Positions 23,330-35,485 are shown, counted from the whole stretch's first letter. The stretch: DNA of 59,100 nucleotides, filler included, from Sphacelaria rigidula (GCA_964200075.2; 9 parts of 9 records of this genome joined end to end with filler, not necessarily neighbours in it); one strand, 5' to 3'. The notes: a model not told the origin generated them from the sequence alone. Program-made: numbers and translations.

Positions 23330-25220
23330 TTTTCGTCGCCAGAAGTTGATTACCGAGAGTTTTTTGTACTCTATTGCCCACTCGAGGACAGAGTGATCAC
23401 GCGACAAGGTGGTGTTTGGTGTCACGAAAGGCAGAGGCTTGACGGTGCCAGACGGCGATTCACACTCGCGGCGCGCTTCAATTCATGGGGGGGATGGTGA
23501 GAAGCAACATGCATGAGTGTATCGCAAAAACATGGGGTTTTACAAATTGAGGATGAATATGGTATCGAGAACGATCTTCGAGATTCGTAAGAACCGTCAC
23601 AACTTGGAGAGAAAATGCACATGCACTTGCCGGCTGTGATATGCGGCGTCGCTCATCTTAAAAAAACAATTCACCGACGATTTGTCTTATCCTGTTTAGA
23701 GATGGAATTTTGGCAAATACCTACAGATTGTTCGAATGTGAACGAACGGAAGTCGAAATTGTTCTGCATAAATGCGGGGTTTCAGTAATCGTGAAAGAAT
23801 GTCTTTGAGGAGGAGCGAGGCTGTACATCACGGTCGGAGAGCGCATTAGCAATTTCTCCGAAGCTGTACGATGCATGTGAAGGTTCATAGGATTGTCGGC
23901 CATGCTGTCAGCACTCGATGTTTCGTTGTTTGGTTCGAACATGGTGAATTGTTGGAAAAATTTGTAGGGGTGGCGTGGGAATAGATCCGGAATTTCGACA
24001 GCGTGTAGTAAGATGCAATACTTCTTGTATTGTAGGGGTGCGGCCTTGCTCGGAAACATTGCGGAGAGATGTTCACAATGTCGGACATTTGCCGTCAGAA
24101 ATGCGCTTCATGTTGGACACCTGCCGCGCGGCGCTCGCGATGCCGCCCTCCCCGCAAACATAGATTGGGATTCCGTGCGATGATCCGCTACTAGTCAAAC
24201 CCCCACGTCTGATACTGCGATAATGCCAACCCTCGCTGATTGATTATGGCGTAGGCTTTGGGGCTTTATCGTTCCGCCCCATGCTCGTAGTGGCAGGGCA
24301 CGAATCATCTTGCGGAAAAATTCAACCACAGAACGCTTTCTCGCGGCAACATGGCAGAGGCGAAGTGACAACTGGCATGCCCTCGCTTGCGGGCGACATT
24401 CCTCGTGGGACCTATCAACCACTGCATTGATACATGCAGAATTTGTGTCGGAACATGCCCCCCGTGAGCAGTATCTCTTCTGCAGCAAACATTCGCTGAC
24501 ACAGCGCACGCGAAAATGTCCCAACTAATCTTTGCGCCTTCATGAGGGATAACATTGCTTGAGGATATTCCATACCATCTCGGAGATGACCAGTCCCTGG
24601 CGACGGCGACGGCATACACACCCATGAGACAGCAATCACTACTTCTTACGCGTGGCTACAAGATTTTCGTTTGGGGATCCTTAAACGCGCTTCGTTTTGT
24701 GAAAAGTTCGACAAAACGCCGGGTGAACAGTCCAGAATGTCCGCAAAATGTAGGTAAGTGCCATATAATGTAGGTTCGTTAGCCCTGGCATCCTGACACA
24801 AATGATGGCACCAACAGGTAGACGCACACCCACGCTGGCGCGCCATTTGATGGGTCTGTCTATCTTGGGGATTGCCATCGACGCCAGCCAAACCCCAAGG
24901 CACCGGAGGGGCATGTACCGAACCCAAGCTTGATACGAGCTCACAGTTCCCATCGATACGGTGCTGCCGAAGTGGTGCAAATTATGACACTGGTACAGTA
25001 GTTTTCATCCAAAGTAGAAGATTCTCGTAGTTTTTCCGTGGTTTGGGATATTCGAAAGTGTTTTCGTGTGCCACCTCTCATCCCGACGCTGGGGCTTTCA
25101 AGCGCCCAGGGCGGATACGACACGAGAGAAAATTGCCAAACTGAGCTCCGCACAGCACAGGCGGGGGTAAGCCATACCTCATCACTCTCATTAATGATTC
25201 TACGGACCCTATTCATTGTT
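23330..25220 (-). pseudogene. Decayed non-LTR retrotransposon, CRE/RLE-like reverse transcriptase
   Basis: Degenerate motifs in order across frames: RVRRIINES (RPIxxG), SVGMRGGT (QxGVGxxGG), ASVGVRLPVGAII (GVxQGDPxG), TYLHFADIL (YLDD region), IPHEGAKI, SISEG/GIIAVSDV (LPxxxGGLG) and LSRDHSVLEW (RPD endonuclease region). Many stops. Confidence 0.45.
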
Positions 25221-26213
25221 TGTACCTATTCATTGCGCTAGAGCCGAAGAGAAATGTGTTTTGCACCGAAAACGGTCTATTATACCCCCTGTCATTTCAC
25301 CTGGGAAGTTGTTCAATATTGAGCGCAGAGACAATTTTTGTTCGGAATGTGGAGTGGATATCTACATCTCCCGACTCCCAAAGGTTGGGATCACCGCTTC
25401 CTGGGATGAGCGGTGGCACGCGGAAACACCATTAAAAACCGCCGACTACGAAAAAATGACAAGATCTCCTATTTCAGATGAAAACTACTATATTTCGCCG
25501 CTCGTGGAATATGCGGCGTAGCCGCATCCAATGAATACTTCGATAGTTGGCTACTGCCATTTCCCACATTCCTCACACCCTGGACAAAATATTACATCGT
25601 CCAGGGTGTGGCATTGTTACAGCAACTTTGGTTGTGTATTTCTCGCACGCGGCTCGATTAACCACCGTGGAACTCGGTGCACTGGTCAGGCATAGCACAG
25701 GCAGCACCTTCACCAAGCGACGGCACGTTCAGGCTTGGCACAAATGCGAACATAACGATCAGCGACTTCGAGGAATGCCGTCAACACGCACTCATAACGG
25801 CTCTCCCACAGCCCATGTTTCGTGCACTGTGAATGAAATTGATATATGCACACCCTCGTGCACGAGAGCGGCCGATGCGATGGCAAAAAAGCAATATGTA
25901 CCACGACTTTCTCTGGATAATGACATAATGTACAACAGTCATCAGAGTATCGTCTGTGGAGGTGCTCAGATCGAGAGGCACGGCCGTACGCGTGCTGTAG
26001 GCGCTGCAAGGCGCTGAAACTTTGGTCACATGTTACGTGAACGAAAGCAGGGTTGCCCATCGGCTATCGATGATCGATGTGATTTTGATGAATATCGGCG
26101 ATACGCCATATAACAGCGGGTCCTGGAGAATGGGGGTCGATCTCAGTGAATCAGTTGTGGCCAGGTGCACCCAACGAATGCGGTGTACACGCGTGTCGAT
26201 GACGATATCACCA

Positions 26214-26313
26214 NNNNNNNNNNNNNNNNNNNNNNNNNNNNNNNNNNNNNNNNNNNNTTAATTAATTAANNNNNNNNNNNNNNNNNNNNNNNNNNNNNNN
26301 NNNNNNNNNNNNN
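26214..26313. other. Artificial contig spacer 4
   Basis: N44-TTAATTAATTAA-N44. Confidence 0.99.
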
Positions 26314-26439
26314 CCTCCGGGTTCTCATCCTCAATGAAAATCTCCATCCTCAACATAGATGATTGGCTGTTTTGCGAAGAAACTCCGCTGTCCGGACGGT
26401 AAACGCGTAAACGACGTTCTGCAAATCAGTGTCCTTCAC

Positions 26440-27110
26440 CCGCTTGAACGCCTTCTCTGCCATCTTCACCGCCTTATTCGGGGTCTTCGAGGCTGGCGCG
26501 TAGTTAGTTACTCCCATACACGTCCCCTGAGATTCTCCAGAATTGATTCTTCACCAAGGACCCCAATTTGTGGTTATCGACATCCAAATTTTTTGTCGGC
26601 GTCTATTTGTTGTCAATAGCTACGAGAAGGTGAAGAAATGCAACCATCTTTCAAAGAATTATTTGTCTGGTGTGGATAAGAAAACTTCCATTTTTCGGGT
26701 TTTCATCCTTGATGAAAAACTCCATCCTCAATTTACAAGTAATAAGATTATTAATCTCCAAACCCCTACGAGTGTCCTGCAGATCGACGTTACATTGCAC
26801 GGTATCCCAATCGACCTTACATTGCGGAATGAAACTCCGTAATATCGGTCTCATGCTACTGACCAGAGGTATAACAGTAGTGGGCGGTCTAACTATTTAG
26901 GGGTGCTTTGGGGTTTTCCTCGCGTACTACTCTCCTTCGATAGAACTCGAAAGTGCTAGCATCGGTAAATTCTGGTACAAAAAATAGATCATCCTCGGAA
27001 ACCAGTGCCCAAGTCAGTGTTAGTTGGTGTTGTCGGGCGATACGAATAAATACGCCGTTCATCAGGAGGGCGTCATTGACCGTGAAACACAGTTTTTCGA
27101 CTCTGTAACA
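26440..27110 (-). pseudogene. Ulp1/C48 protease-like relic interrupted by a MITE arm
   Basis: FTVNDALLMNGVFIRIA, then GVSFRNVRSIGIPCNV..GVWRLIIL (26838-26742), then after the insertion ILENLRGRVWE*. This resembles LND..IN / IPxN..HW.L.vid..i..yDS, but the catalytic His is absent. Confidence 0.33.
26541..26740. mobile_element. Single arm of the 54212-54655 foldback family
   Basis: TTCACCAAGGACCCCAA..GTTGTCAATAGCTA..TGGTGTGGATA..CGGGTTTTCATCC..CAATTT is colinear with 54465-54645. A further piece lies at the contig start (26314-26352). Confidence 0.7.
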
Positions 27111-27530
27111 GTGCCATGAGTAGGTAGAATTTCTTGATAAATATGATCGAGACGGGCTCGATCGACCGAGAATACTGGAGAGTAAGAATCTGGGCTGGAA
27201 CATGGTAGAACCCCTGATGACCGGTCAGCCCGTAAATCACTCAATATTGAGACCAGATTATTAATTTTTCTTGGAATGTGGGGCGGCTACAAAAATCTTC
27301 AGGTTCCCAATGTGCGACGCGGTGGCGAGCGAAAAGAGCCCAAGAAAATCGCCAATAAGGAAAAAATCACGAATTGCTACAAAAAATTTACACCACCCAC
27401 TACTGTAGAACGTGTACTTGGTTTTAGTGATCGTCGGATCTTTATTCGGGATGACATTGCCAACTGCTCTTTGCGACACGCGTACTATATCACAACGGCA
27501 ACTAAAAACAAACAAACAAAAACAAAAAAA

Positions 27531-27640
27531 CTCCTGTGTTGACCTTCCTCCTGTGTGACCCCGGCTGGGGCGCCCNNNNNNNNNNATACACCGAAAGGTG
27601 CAGACTGGTGCCCAGAATAAATGGGACGACAACACACATA
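27531..27640. repeat. Dispersed repeat (same as 6590-6705), spans a 10-N gap
   Basis: Near-identical to 6590-6705, with N10 at 27576-27585. Confidence 0.8.
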
Positions 27641-29422
27641 CAACGGGAACTCGGGCGCTCAACGGTCAGATGTGGAGAGGAAGAAAATACTAAAAATTCA
27701 AATTTGAAACAGCTCCTCCCCAAGCGGACACCAGTAAGCAGGTGCGTCTTGCTGCACTCTAACGACTGTAGAGATCAGGTGGGGGTGGTTTCACGGGAGA
27801 TCCGGTGCTTCTACAGCATATAACATAATTGTCCGAGATCTGGGGTGGCTTCTTCGGCAACTCGACGGAATAAGCTCAATCTGAAAACGCCGGACGCCAA
27901 ATGCTCAGGGGGCTCAAAAGTTTGAAAGGCAGGAATCTGACCGCGGCCGCGGAATTTGGGGTCACTGAAGTGCAGGGAACAGGAGATTGCAGTTGGTCGT
28001 GTGTAGTATACAATCGCTGCTGAACGTAGCTGCTGCAGCTTCCTGAGGTCAGTTCGAGTGAAGCTTTGTCGATGTACAGATGTAATGAGTCGTTGATGAA
28101 CTAGGCACGTAGTGCATTGCTGTTCATACTGTATATAACACCCCCAGCCAGCCCCGCGCCTCTCCCCCCGCCCGTGCGTCGCGATATTCGTGTGCATGTA
28201 TGACCCTGTATTACTGACTGCACTCAATTGTACATTACGGTACTCCATTCCAAGAACATCAATATATTCACCCAAGTATGAAGATCTTTCAATCAGAGAC
28301 CATCTTGCCATTCCACAGTGGCGTGGCGGGAACACGAACTGTGTCGACAAATCAACCATCAGACGTCTCGACGACATAATGACGAGGGTGTTATCCACCG
28401 TCATGTTACCGTATTTTGGTTGCCTGATGCTCTTTACGGAGCTGAGAGTAACAAGATTGACATTTCGGGGTAGGGTAGCATCATAATCATGGTAAAGCAT
28501 GTTTCATCTCGCATGCCGCCTATCAGAGACAACTAGAGTGCGGCCGTATGGCAGGGTGAATGATGGCGTCACGCAGCTGTCATTCAGTTTAAATTTTAGG
28601 GCAGGATAAAATAACAGGAACGAGTCCCGTACTGATACATTGCTGAGAGGACACGAGCTCGAAATACGCTTTCGCTGAGAAGCTTCCCCAACGAATCAGC
28701 GAAGTACTGTCGAACAAAAGGAAAGCGGCAGTCGGATGTTCGTTGGTCATATCATCAACACAGCGGCACGTGCGACGATCGTAGATATCGCTCTTTTACG
28801 TTGAATAACACCCCCAATCTCCGTTTGCAGCCTGATACCATGAATTTCGCTGTGTATTTGGTCGATGTTTTGCATGCAAGCCAAGCCCTCAAGCCCTGGC
28901 ATTTTCCCGTACTCTCTGTGGTCTCGGTGTCTAATGAACGAAACCTCCTCATCAACGCAACTATAGCTCCCCATGAGCGGCGCACCGAATCTGAAGGTCG
29001 TCAGAGCTGTGTTGCAGGGGTGAAAATTGCAGGGCGGTCCTCGGTTGCGGTATTCCGGAAATGATATCATCGTGCGATTACAGGCATTCCTGTTTTACTA
29101 CGGCACTGCAGTACACGGTGCACGGTAACTGTGCAGTACGGTACTGGTCGATATTTTCTGTCCTTGATTTCGCGAGGTAAGACGATGAGGACTGCAACGC
29201 TCTACACTTGTGCCGCGAATTCGAAGGTACGGACTGACTCCATCAGAGCGTAGCGTAAAAGTCCACGTTCGTCGCCGATGCACTTGGGTGGTTCATGGTG
29301 TGCGGTGCCAGTCTCTTCGCGGCTCATCTGCGTGCGAACGTATTCAAGTGCAGAAAGATCTTGCGATGGTAAGCTGAAGGGAAAAGGAAGCAACACATGC
29401 AAGCATGTTATAAGGGGGTGCC

Positions 29423-29815
29423 TTCGAGAATGAGGTTGAACATTAAAACGAGGTACAAATCCAAAACTGTGCCATCCCTGACCTAAGGTAGTGATGAATG
29501 ACTTTCACGTGGATGTCATCGTGCCCCCTGACCACCCTTGAACTATTTTCGAGGTCTCCCGTCTTCTGTTCCCCCAAAGGGTGTGTGCGAAGCACCGTTT
29601 TACCTCGATTTCGAGGTGGATAAGAGGGACAATTTTAGCCCTGAAATGGTGCTTTCGCTTGGGGGGAGCGGAAGACGGTAGACTCCCAAAAATAGTGTCG
29701 GGGAGGTCGGGGGGCATGAGGCCATCCACATGAAAATCATTTGTCATGACTTAAGGTCGAGGAAAGCACTGTTTCGGGGTTGAACCTAATTGTGATGATC
29801 AAGCTCATTTTCGAA
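29423..29815. mobile_element. Foldback/MITE-like imperfect palindrome
   Basis: TTCGAGAATGAGGTTGAACAT..TTTCACGTGGATG..GCCCCCTGACC..ACTATTTT..CCGTCTTC pairs with GAAGACGG..AAAATAGT..GGTCGGGGGGC..CATCCACATGAAA..ATGATCAAGCTCATTTTCGAA. Confidence 0.75.
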
Positions 29816-30034
29816 CATGATATCTTTTGTGTTGAATGAAACTCTGAGCGTACTGGATCCAAAAGAGGCTTCACCGCTTGCTGCCGACGGGAAATGCACG
29901 ATGTAAGTTAACTACTGTATGTTTTCACCGCCAATAGAGGAGAACAAAGGCGAAAGGAATTCCAGCAGTGAGCACCACTACAAAGCTAAAAACTTACGAA
30001 AATCTTCAAGATACAAAACCACGGAACTCTGAGG

Positions 30035-30296
30035 TTTTTTTTTTCCTCACACTCTGAACCCCTCTTCTTCCTCGGGATGAGTCCGTGGTCTCAAGGGATC
30101 AACCCATCTCTCTCCCCCGGTACGCGCCTTTTATTTTGATCTCGCGGATTGGGTCAGCACTCTGGCACCGCATCAACTCACGTTCTCACGCTTTCCACGG
30201 TGAAAATCATTACGAGGAAAAAACCCAACGCATTGGGAATCGAACCCCCGTTCACCCTAATGGCGATAATCGGATCATTACACCACCGGGGCGCGG
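30035..30296 (-). mobile_element. tRNA-headed SINE, copy 2 (internal deletion)
   Basis: Same head (GGTGTAATGA..GGTTCGATTCC) and body as copy 1, but lacks the segment between the two ACTCACGT direct repeats. Confidence 0.8.
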
Positions 30297-30654
30297 TATA
30301 CCAAGATATGAAGGTACAAGGGACGTACCACCAAGCCGGGATGCACAAGAGTGGCCAATCTCATCGCAATGTCTCGCGTACACATCGAGAAATCGAAGCC
30401 AGGGAAAAAAGAAAAAAACGGGGGGAGGAACATGTGAAACATAGACCGAATCCATTCGCAAGATGTAGTCCAGTCTTTCTGCCAGCGAGTCATCAAGCAC
30501 TCGTCGCCCACACCGCCATTTCCCCCCCCCCCCCAACCCCTTTTTCGTTTGCTGTTGGATGTGAAGGTGTGGTTTTAGTCTCTCCGTCGTACGATACTAA
30601 TGGATAGAGTAAAGATATTGCCTTCAACTCTCGTCTATGCCCGGTGCATTGATG

Positions 30655-30732
30655 GCTTGATTGATTCATTGATTGTCGCACTTTAACTGACCCTCCGGGG
30701 ATCCGGCCGTGGTGACATGATAGCCGTACTCA
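30655..30732 (-). mobile_element. LINE-type 3' end with (AATC)n tail
   Basis: The reverse complement reads GAGTACGGCTATCATGTCACCACGGCCGGATCCCCGGAGGGTCAGTTAAAGTGCGACAATCAATGAATCAATCAA, homologous to 1320-1405. Confidence 0.6.
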
Positions 30733-30930
30733 GGAAAAACAACACTGACCACCCGCTGAAGAAAAGAACGAGCAAAAAAAGTCGAACAGATCGACATAGT
30801 ATAATAGACCAAGACGTGAAAAAAAATTGAAGAAATTGAAAAATTGTCGCACATGAAGTGATATCCGAGTCATGATCCACAAGTTAGACTTGTTGGTCTC
30901 TGCCGTTTCCTCATCATTTCGTCTCGGCAG

Positions 30931-31059
30931 GGGGCTTTTCCAGCGGTTTCAGAGAGGGGAAGATTTGGCATGGCTAAGGCAGGCACCAAAAAGAATGCGG
31001 GACGGGGGCCAGCAAAGAAGGCAGGAAGGAAGCCACACCCGGTGAAGACCAAACTCCAG
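30931..31059 (+). CDS. Candidate internal exon, basic K/G/A-rich peptide
   Basis: Pyrimidine tract, cggcAG|129 nt|GTgctt, phase 0. Translates GAFPAVSERGRFGMAKAGTKKNAGRGPAKKAGRKPHPVKTKLQ. No family recognised. Confidence 0.4.
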
Positions 31060-31134
31060 GTGCTTAGTGTAGTAGAATATGGTTCGTATCACCCTTGCGC
31101 GGAATACCACCACCTAAATGATGGTTATTGTTCG

Positions 31135-31456
31135 GGAGGGGGGGGGAGCGTACTCATTTGTTGCTTGCCTTAGTTGTTTGACCATTGACCACGCATCCCT
31201 TTCTAGACGGAGCACCGTTCCTACTCCTAATAGACACACCTTCAACATTCCGGCGCTCATTACGTTTCTTTCATAGCTCATCACGTTTCTTCTATACATT
31301 GCACGGAAACCTTTTACATATCTTATCCCCGTCCTGTCTCGCCGTCTCTGGCCACCATCTATCTCTTAGTATAGCCATCAGGGGGGGAAGGGGGAGGGGG
31401 TACTCATTTTTCAATTGTCAAACAACTAAGGCGAGCAACAAATGACCCCCCCCCCC
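31135..31456. mobile_element. G-run-terminated MITE-like element (GTACTCAT module as inverted pair)
   Basis: GGGG..GTACTCATTTGTTGCTTGCCTTAGTTGTTTGAC (31140-31182) and GTCAAACAACTAAGGCGAGCAACAAATGACCCCCCC (31416-31456) are inverted copies. Confidence 0.6.
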
Positions 31457-31647
31457 ACACACACACGTCTAGGTGATGACTAAAAGTGGCGATACCAGAG
31501 AATGAATGATCTCATTGAAGGCTGTCGTCCTAATGCCAGGTGATAGGTACGCTTCGGGTCGAACACTCCTGGCAGGATGCCGCTCACCCTTCGTGCAGCT
31601 CGCCGAACATGTAACGGCGATTCACGCTTGGCGATTGCCTGCAAGCC

Positions 31648-31681
<34 letters not shown>

Positions 31682-31825
31682 CCGCACTTTAACTGATTCT
31701 CCAGGGGTTCAAGCCTGGTCCGGCGAAAACCCGGCGTGCTCCGATCCGGCTTTGTAGGGATGCGAGGTCAAAGGTCATACAACTGTAGTGTGCAAGATCA
31801 TGAGTACCCCCCCCAACCCCCGCCC
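31648..31825 (-). mobile_element. SINE-like element with G-run/GTACTCAT head and LINE-type (AATC)n tail
   Basis: Minus strand reads G-run-GTACTCATGATCTTGCAC..AGTTGTATGACCTTTGACCTCGCATCCCT..CGGAGCAC..GGACCAGGCT..TCAGTTAAAGTGCGGC-(AATC)n. A second copy lies at 43155-43283. Confidence 0.65.
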
Positions 31826-32664
31826 CTAAATAATAGCCCAGGGTGATGCATTTTCGACCATTTCGACACCATATCAGCACTCGCCGTACTTTTTCTTCTC
31901 TCGGAGAAAGGAGGAAACCTCACCCAACACTGACGCTGCGTAGGGGTTTGTATACCGAGAATCCGAAGGCTCGGCCAGACCGCCTCGCGGCAGTCATGGT
32001 GATGTGGAGTAGGCACCTCGAGCGTTCGGAAAGCTTTGCTCAAGGCAGTGTGGGGGAGGAAACGCTACCTAGGAGTCGTAGTATAGCACCCCTCTGTAAA
32101 TAACACCCGCAACGGACGACACTAGCAAGCAGGGACCGTGCAGAGAGTTCCGTGCGGTGCACTTTTTGCTGTTTTTTAGCGTGTGTGTTCAGCGTGTTCT
32201 GCGCTGATGATCTAGCGCGATGTACTGTGCCGCACTGTCCGTGCATATACTCACGATACGTTGTACATGACTAGTAATCGTGCATCAGCGTGGTGCTGCT
32301 GATTATTATTCTACGTCATTGGGCCCTCCCTGCACACACCGCCTGTCAGTCACATCACATCCTCGGAGTTGACTCTTTCCTTGTTCAGAGATCGCGGATA
32401 AATCGCTAACAATTATTTCATGTGGTGATGTTTTTTTGTTTGCGTTGTTTTTGTTTCCTATCCTTTTATTGTATTTTATTTTATTTCCCTTTTCTGTCGG
32501 TGTGCTTTTCTTAGCATATATATGTATATTTCGCCCCGTTGAAGTCGGGGAAGCTACTTCTCATGTTTTTTGGGGCGTGTCTCTTCTTATTTTCATTTTG
32601 GTCATATTTGAGTTAATTGCGTTTGTTCACGTGTTAGGCTGGAATCTCTGAAAAAATGATGGGG

Positions 32665-32791
32665 GACTCTATGTCTTATAAGGAATAGCAGGGACGGTAT
32701 TGGAAAGACGAGCCTACGTCTATGACCACGGGTTCGAGAGATCGGACTAATGTACAGAAATAATAATGATAATAATAATAATGATAATAAT
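32665..32791 (+). mobile_element. Retroposon 3' end with (TAA)n tail
   Basis: CTACGTCTATGACCACGGGTTCGAGAGATCGGACTAATGTACAGAAA-(TAA)n. The same end occurs at 32892-32962 and 39470-39547. Confidence 0.7.
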
Positions 32792-32891
32792 NNNNNNNNN
32801 NNNNNNNNNNNNNNNNNNNNNNNNNNNNNNNNNNNTTAATTAATTAANNNNNNNNNNNNNNNNNNNNNNNNNNNNNNNNNNNNNNNNNNNN
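32792..32891. other. Artificial contig spacer 5
   Basis: N44-TTAATTAATTAA-N44. Confidence 0.99.
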
Positions 32892-32909
32892 GTCGGACTA
32901 ATGTGCGGA

Positions 32910-32963
<54 letters not shown>

Positions 32964-33108
32964 TTATTATAATTATAAATATAATAATAATTATAATTAT
33001 AATTATATAATTATAATTTATATTATAATTTTATAATTATAATTTATATTATAATTATAAATATAATAATAATTATAATTATAATTTTATAATTATAATT
33101 ATAATGAT
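32892..33108 (+). repeat. Retroposon tail with (TAA)n running into AT-only low complexity
   Basis: GTCGGACTAATGTGCGGAAA-(TAA)n followed by about 145 nt that is almost entirely A/T. Confidence 0.8.
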
Positions 33109-34261
33109 AACCCCACCTTCCTTCTGCGGTGCTTGCCTTCATTTCTTATCGCGAGAGGGGTTCAGCAAGTCCCTTTCCCTCGTCGACCATGGAGTCGAAA
33201 ATGCAATAGAAAAAACAAACAAACAAACGTACTAAAATACGTTTACATTATAAAGGTCTAGTGCAACTATTGTCGGCTTTACGCGGCACTTTTTTTTTTT
33301 TTCGCGACTGTTGACCGCATTTTGTTGAGGGTGTGATGATATATCTCGCTTTTTCCCCCTCACAAAAGAATCGCCGGGCAACTGGGAGGATGTTGTCTTG
33401 ATAAGATTTTTTTTGGGTAGTTTTGTTTTTGTTTGCTTGTCTGCTATATAGAAAGTTTTTTGTTTTGGTGCTTTGTGCGTTGTTTCGTCAGATGTGAGTT
33501 TTGCGGGATGCCCGTGAGTGGTTTCTGTTGGTAAGCACAGCAGTGTGATCACGAAACGAAATTGTAGTGAACGTATCGTGCGCTGAGGAGGAGTGTGTGC
33601 GAAGCAACAGACAAATCGTGACTTGAGTGAAGCCGAAGCGTTGCGTCAATCGGCTGGAAGTGCACGATTTTTCAAAATTGATTACGTGTGTCCACGTGTA
33701 TTATTCAATTGTGTCGAACATGGTCTAGAAGCCGTCCACAAAAAGAAGAGAGAAAAAAGTTCCACAGTCTCAGCTTCCAGTAGAGCTTACGCGTTGGTCG
33801 TCAACAATGGTTGTCACTTGATCCCCGAGTTAATACTGATATTCGTATCCTAAGATGGGCAGACAGTTCCAACTGCTTCTAGCTTGCCCAGGGCGTATTT
33901 TTTCGAATTCGGCGGCGGCGCAGGCTCCGATTTGAGGTCTGCCAGGTTACACTTTGCCTGGAGCAACCTTTGCGGCCCCCCCTTGCCCGAAGGTTCTCGT
34001 ATGCCTTGGTCGGGGTCAGGGTTGGGGTTAGTTTAAAATCATAAATTTCCTTGGTCGTCCTGTCAACTGTTTTTTGTGACCGAAGCGTAAGCACCCCTCT
34101 CAGCTTCAAGCGGGAACAAGAGGTGTACGAATAATTTCTCATGTGCATGTGCCCTTACGGCATGACATGTCGTGTCTCTTTTTTATCACTCAACTAAGTC
34201 GCGATGGATTTTCTCCTCTCCCTCTCCCCCTCTCTCTGTCGCGTCTGCTGCCGTATTGTAG

Positions 34262-35485
34262 CAAAATGCCAAAGCCCCTCCGTCGGCGCCGTCTGCGTCA
34301 ACCCCGGCCCCGACATCCCTCCAATCCCATGAGGACTGGGAACCTCTGAAGCAGTCCCCGCCCGCGGTGCAGCTGGAGACCGTTTGCCAAGACCGAGGGG
34401 GCTCTCCGACGAGCACGGCAGACGCCGCTGTTGTGGCGGAAAGAATGAACCGTGATACGCTGTTACCGCAGACGACATCGTCGGCGGCGGTAGCACCGAC
34501 CCCCGCCCTCTCTTTGGAAGGCGTGAAAGCTCGATCCTTGTCGTCACCGTCTCAAACCGTCATGTCTTCCTCATCCCCGACTTCCCCCCCCTTGTCGCCG
34601 TCTCCTCATCAAGACGAGCCGGAGGAGGTGGTGTCTCCTGTTGTTGTGAAATCAGGCGGCAGCGGTGACAGTCTTGCCATTCCGGCCTCGGTGGTCTCGC
34701 CCAGCGTTGTTGCGGGAAGCGTTAGCAGCAGAAGCAATGGCAGCGGCGCCACCGGCAAGGGTGCAAGAATGAGCGCCGCCCAACGCCGCGCCGCCGCGAG
34801 AGAAGCCAGAAACAAGAGCAAGGCTGCTGCTGCTGCTATCCCTGCTTCTGTTTCTGCCGCCGGGAACTCTCCATCAACGTCACCCGGTGATAAGGCGGTG
34901 ACCGAAAGCAAGCCCTCTACAGGTCGCGGCAGCGCCAGCGGTGGAAGCGGAAGCGCCAGCAGCAGTGCCGGCGAGACGGCGCCGCCCACCCCATCAAACT
35001 TGACCTGGCCGTCTGCGGGCCCTGCCGTGGCACCGGTGCCGGCGCATGCAGGGTCCAGACCGGCTACCGCTCTGTCCTTGATGGATTCCCTCGAAGCCCT
35101 ATCGTCATCATCCGGTGCTGGAGGAGACGAGTCCACGACGGCCGTCGCCGCGGTTGCGACCGGAAAGCCGGGGTCCGGTCCGGCTAAAACAAGCGGTGAC
35201 GATGATGCTCGTATCGGGGAGGGAAAGTCGGAGTATCAATCGGATGATGATGCCGATGTTGACGATCATGGCGGTAGTGGCAGCTACGATGCGTCGGGCG
35301 ACACGGTAGCAGCGACGGTTGTCAGGCTTGCGGGCAGCCCAAATCCCCCACTGCAGCGCGGTCCAGACGGGAAACAGGCCGGAGGCGGGGGGTCCGAAGC
35401 GGGCGCGAGTTCGGCGAAGGAAAACAGGGTCCGTAGGCTCGCCCCGAACGGAGGGCGTACGACGCGAGGGAAATTGAAATCTTGA
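34262..35485 (+). CDS. Large exon of a low-complexity, probably disordered S/A/G/P-rich protein
   Basis: CT-rich tract, ttgtAG| at 34261, then an open GC-rich frame QNAKAPPSAPSAST... in frame with ORF 34367..35485. It ends either at TGA 35483-35485 or at a possible phase-0 donor AGG|GTCCGT after 35428. Confidence 0.75.
   Translation, partial: QNAKAPPSAPSASTPAPTSLQSHEDWEPLKQSPPAVQLETVCQDRGGSPTSTADAAVVAERMNRDTLLPQTTSSAAVAPTPALSLEGVKARSLSSPSQTVMSSSSPTSPPLSPSPHQDEPEEVVSPVVVKSGGSGDSLAIPASVVSPSVVAGSVSSRSNGSGATGKGARMSAAQRRAAAREARNKSKAAAAAIPASVSAAGNSPSTSPGDKAVTESKPSTGRGSASGGSGSASSSAGETAPPTPSNLTWPSAGPAVAPVPAHAGSRPATALSLMDSLEALSSSSGAGGDESTTAVAAVATGKPGSGPAKTSGDDDARIGEGKSEYQSDDDADVDDHGGSGSYDASGDTVAATVVRLAGSPNPPLQRGPDGKQAGGGGSEAGASSAKENRVRRLAPNGGRTTRGKLKS

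Noticed and set aside
27811..28500. 229-aa minus-strand ORF
   Set aside because: No recognisable domain and no clear splice context. It may be a relic but cannot be called.
32665..32962. Apparent continuity of the (TAA)n retroposon tail across spacer 5
   Set aside because: The copies differ (GTACAGAAA vs GTGCGGAAA) and duplicate the same segment. Contigs simply tend to break at this repeat.
32963..33108. Pure A/T palindromic tract as a structural element
   Set aside because: It follows a long (TAA)n run near a contig end, so it is probably degenerate microsatellite or poor base calls.
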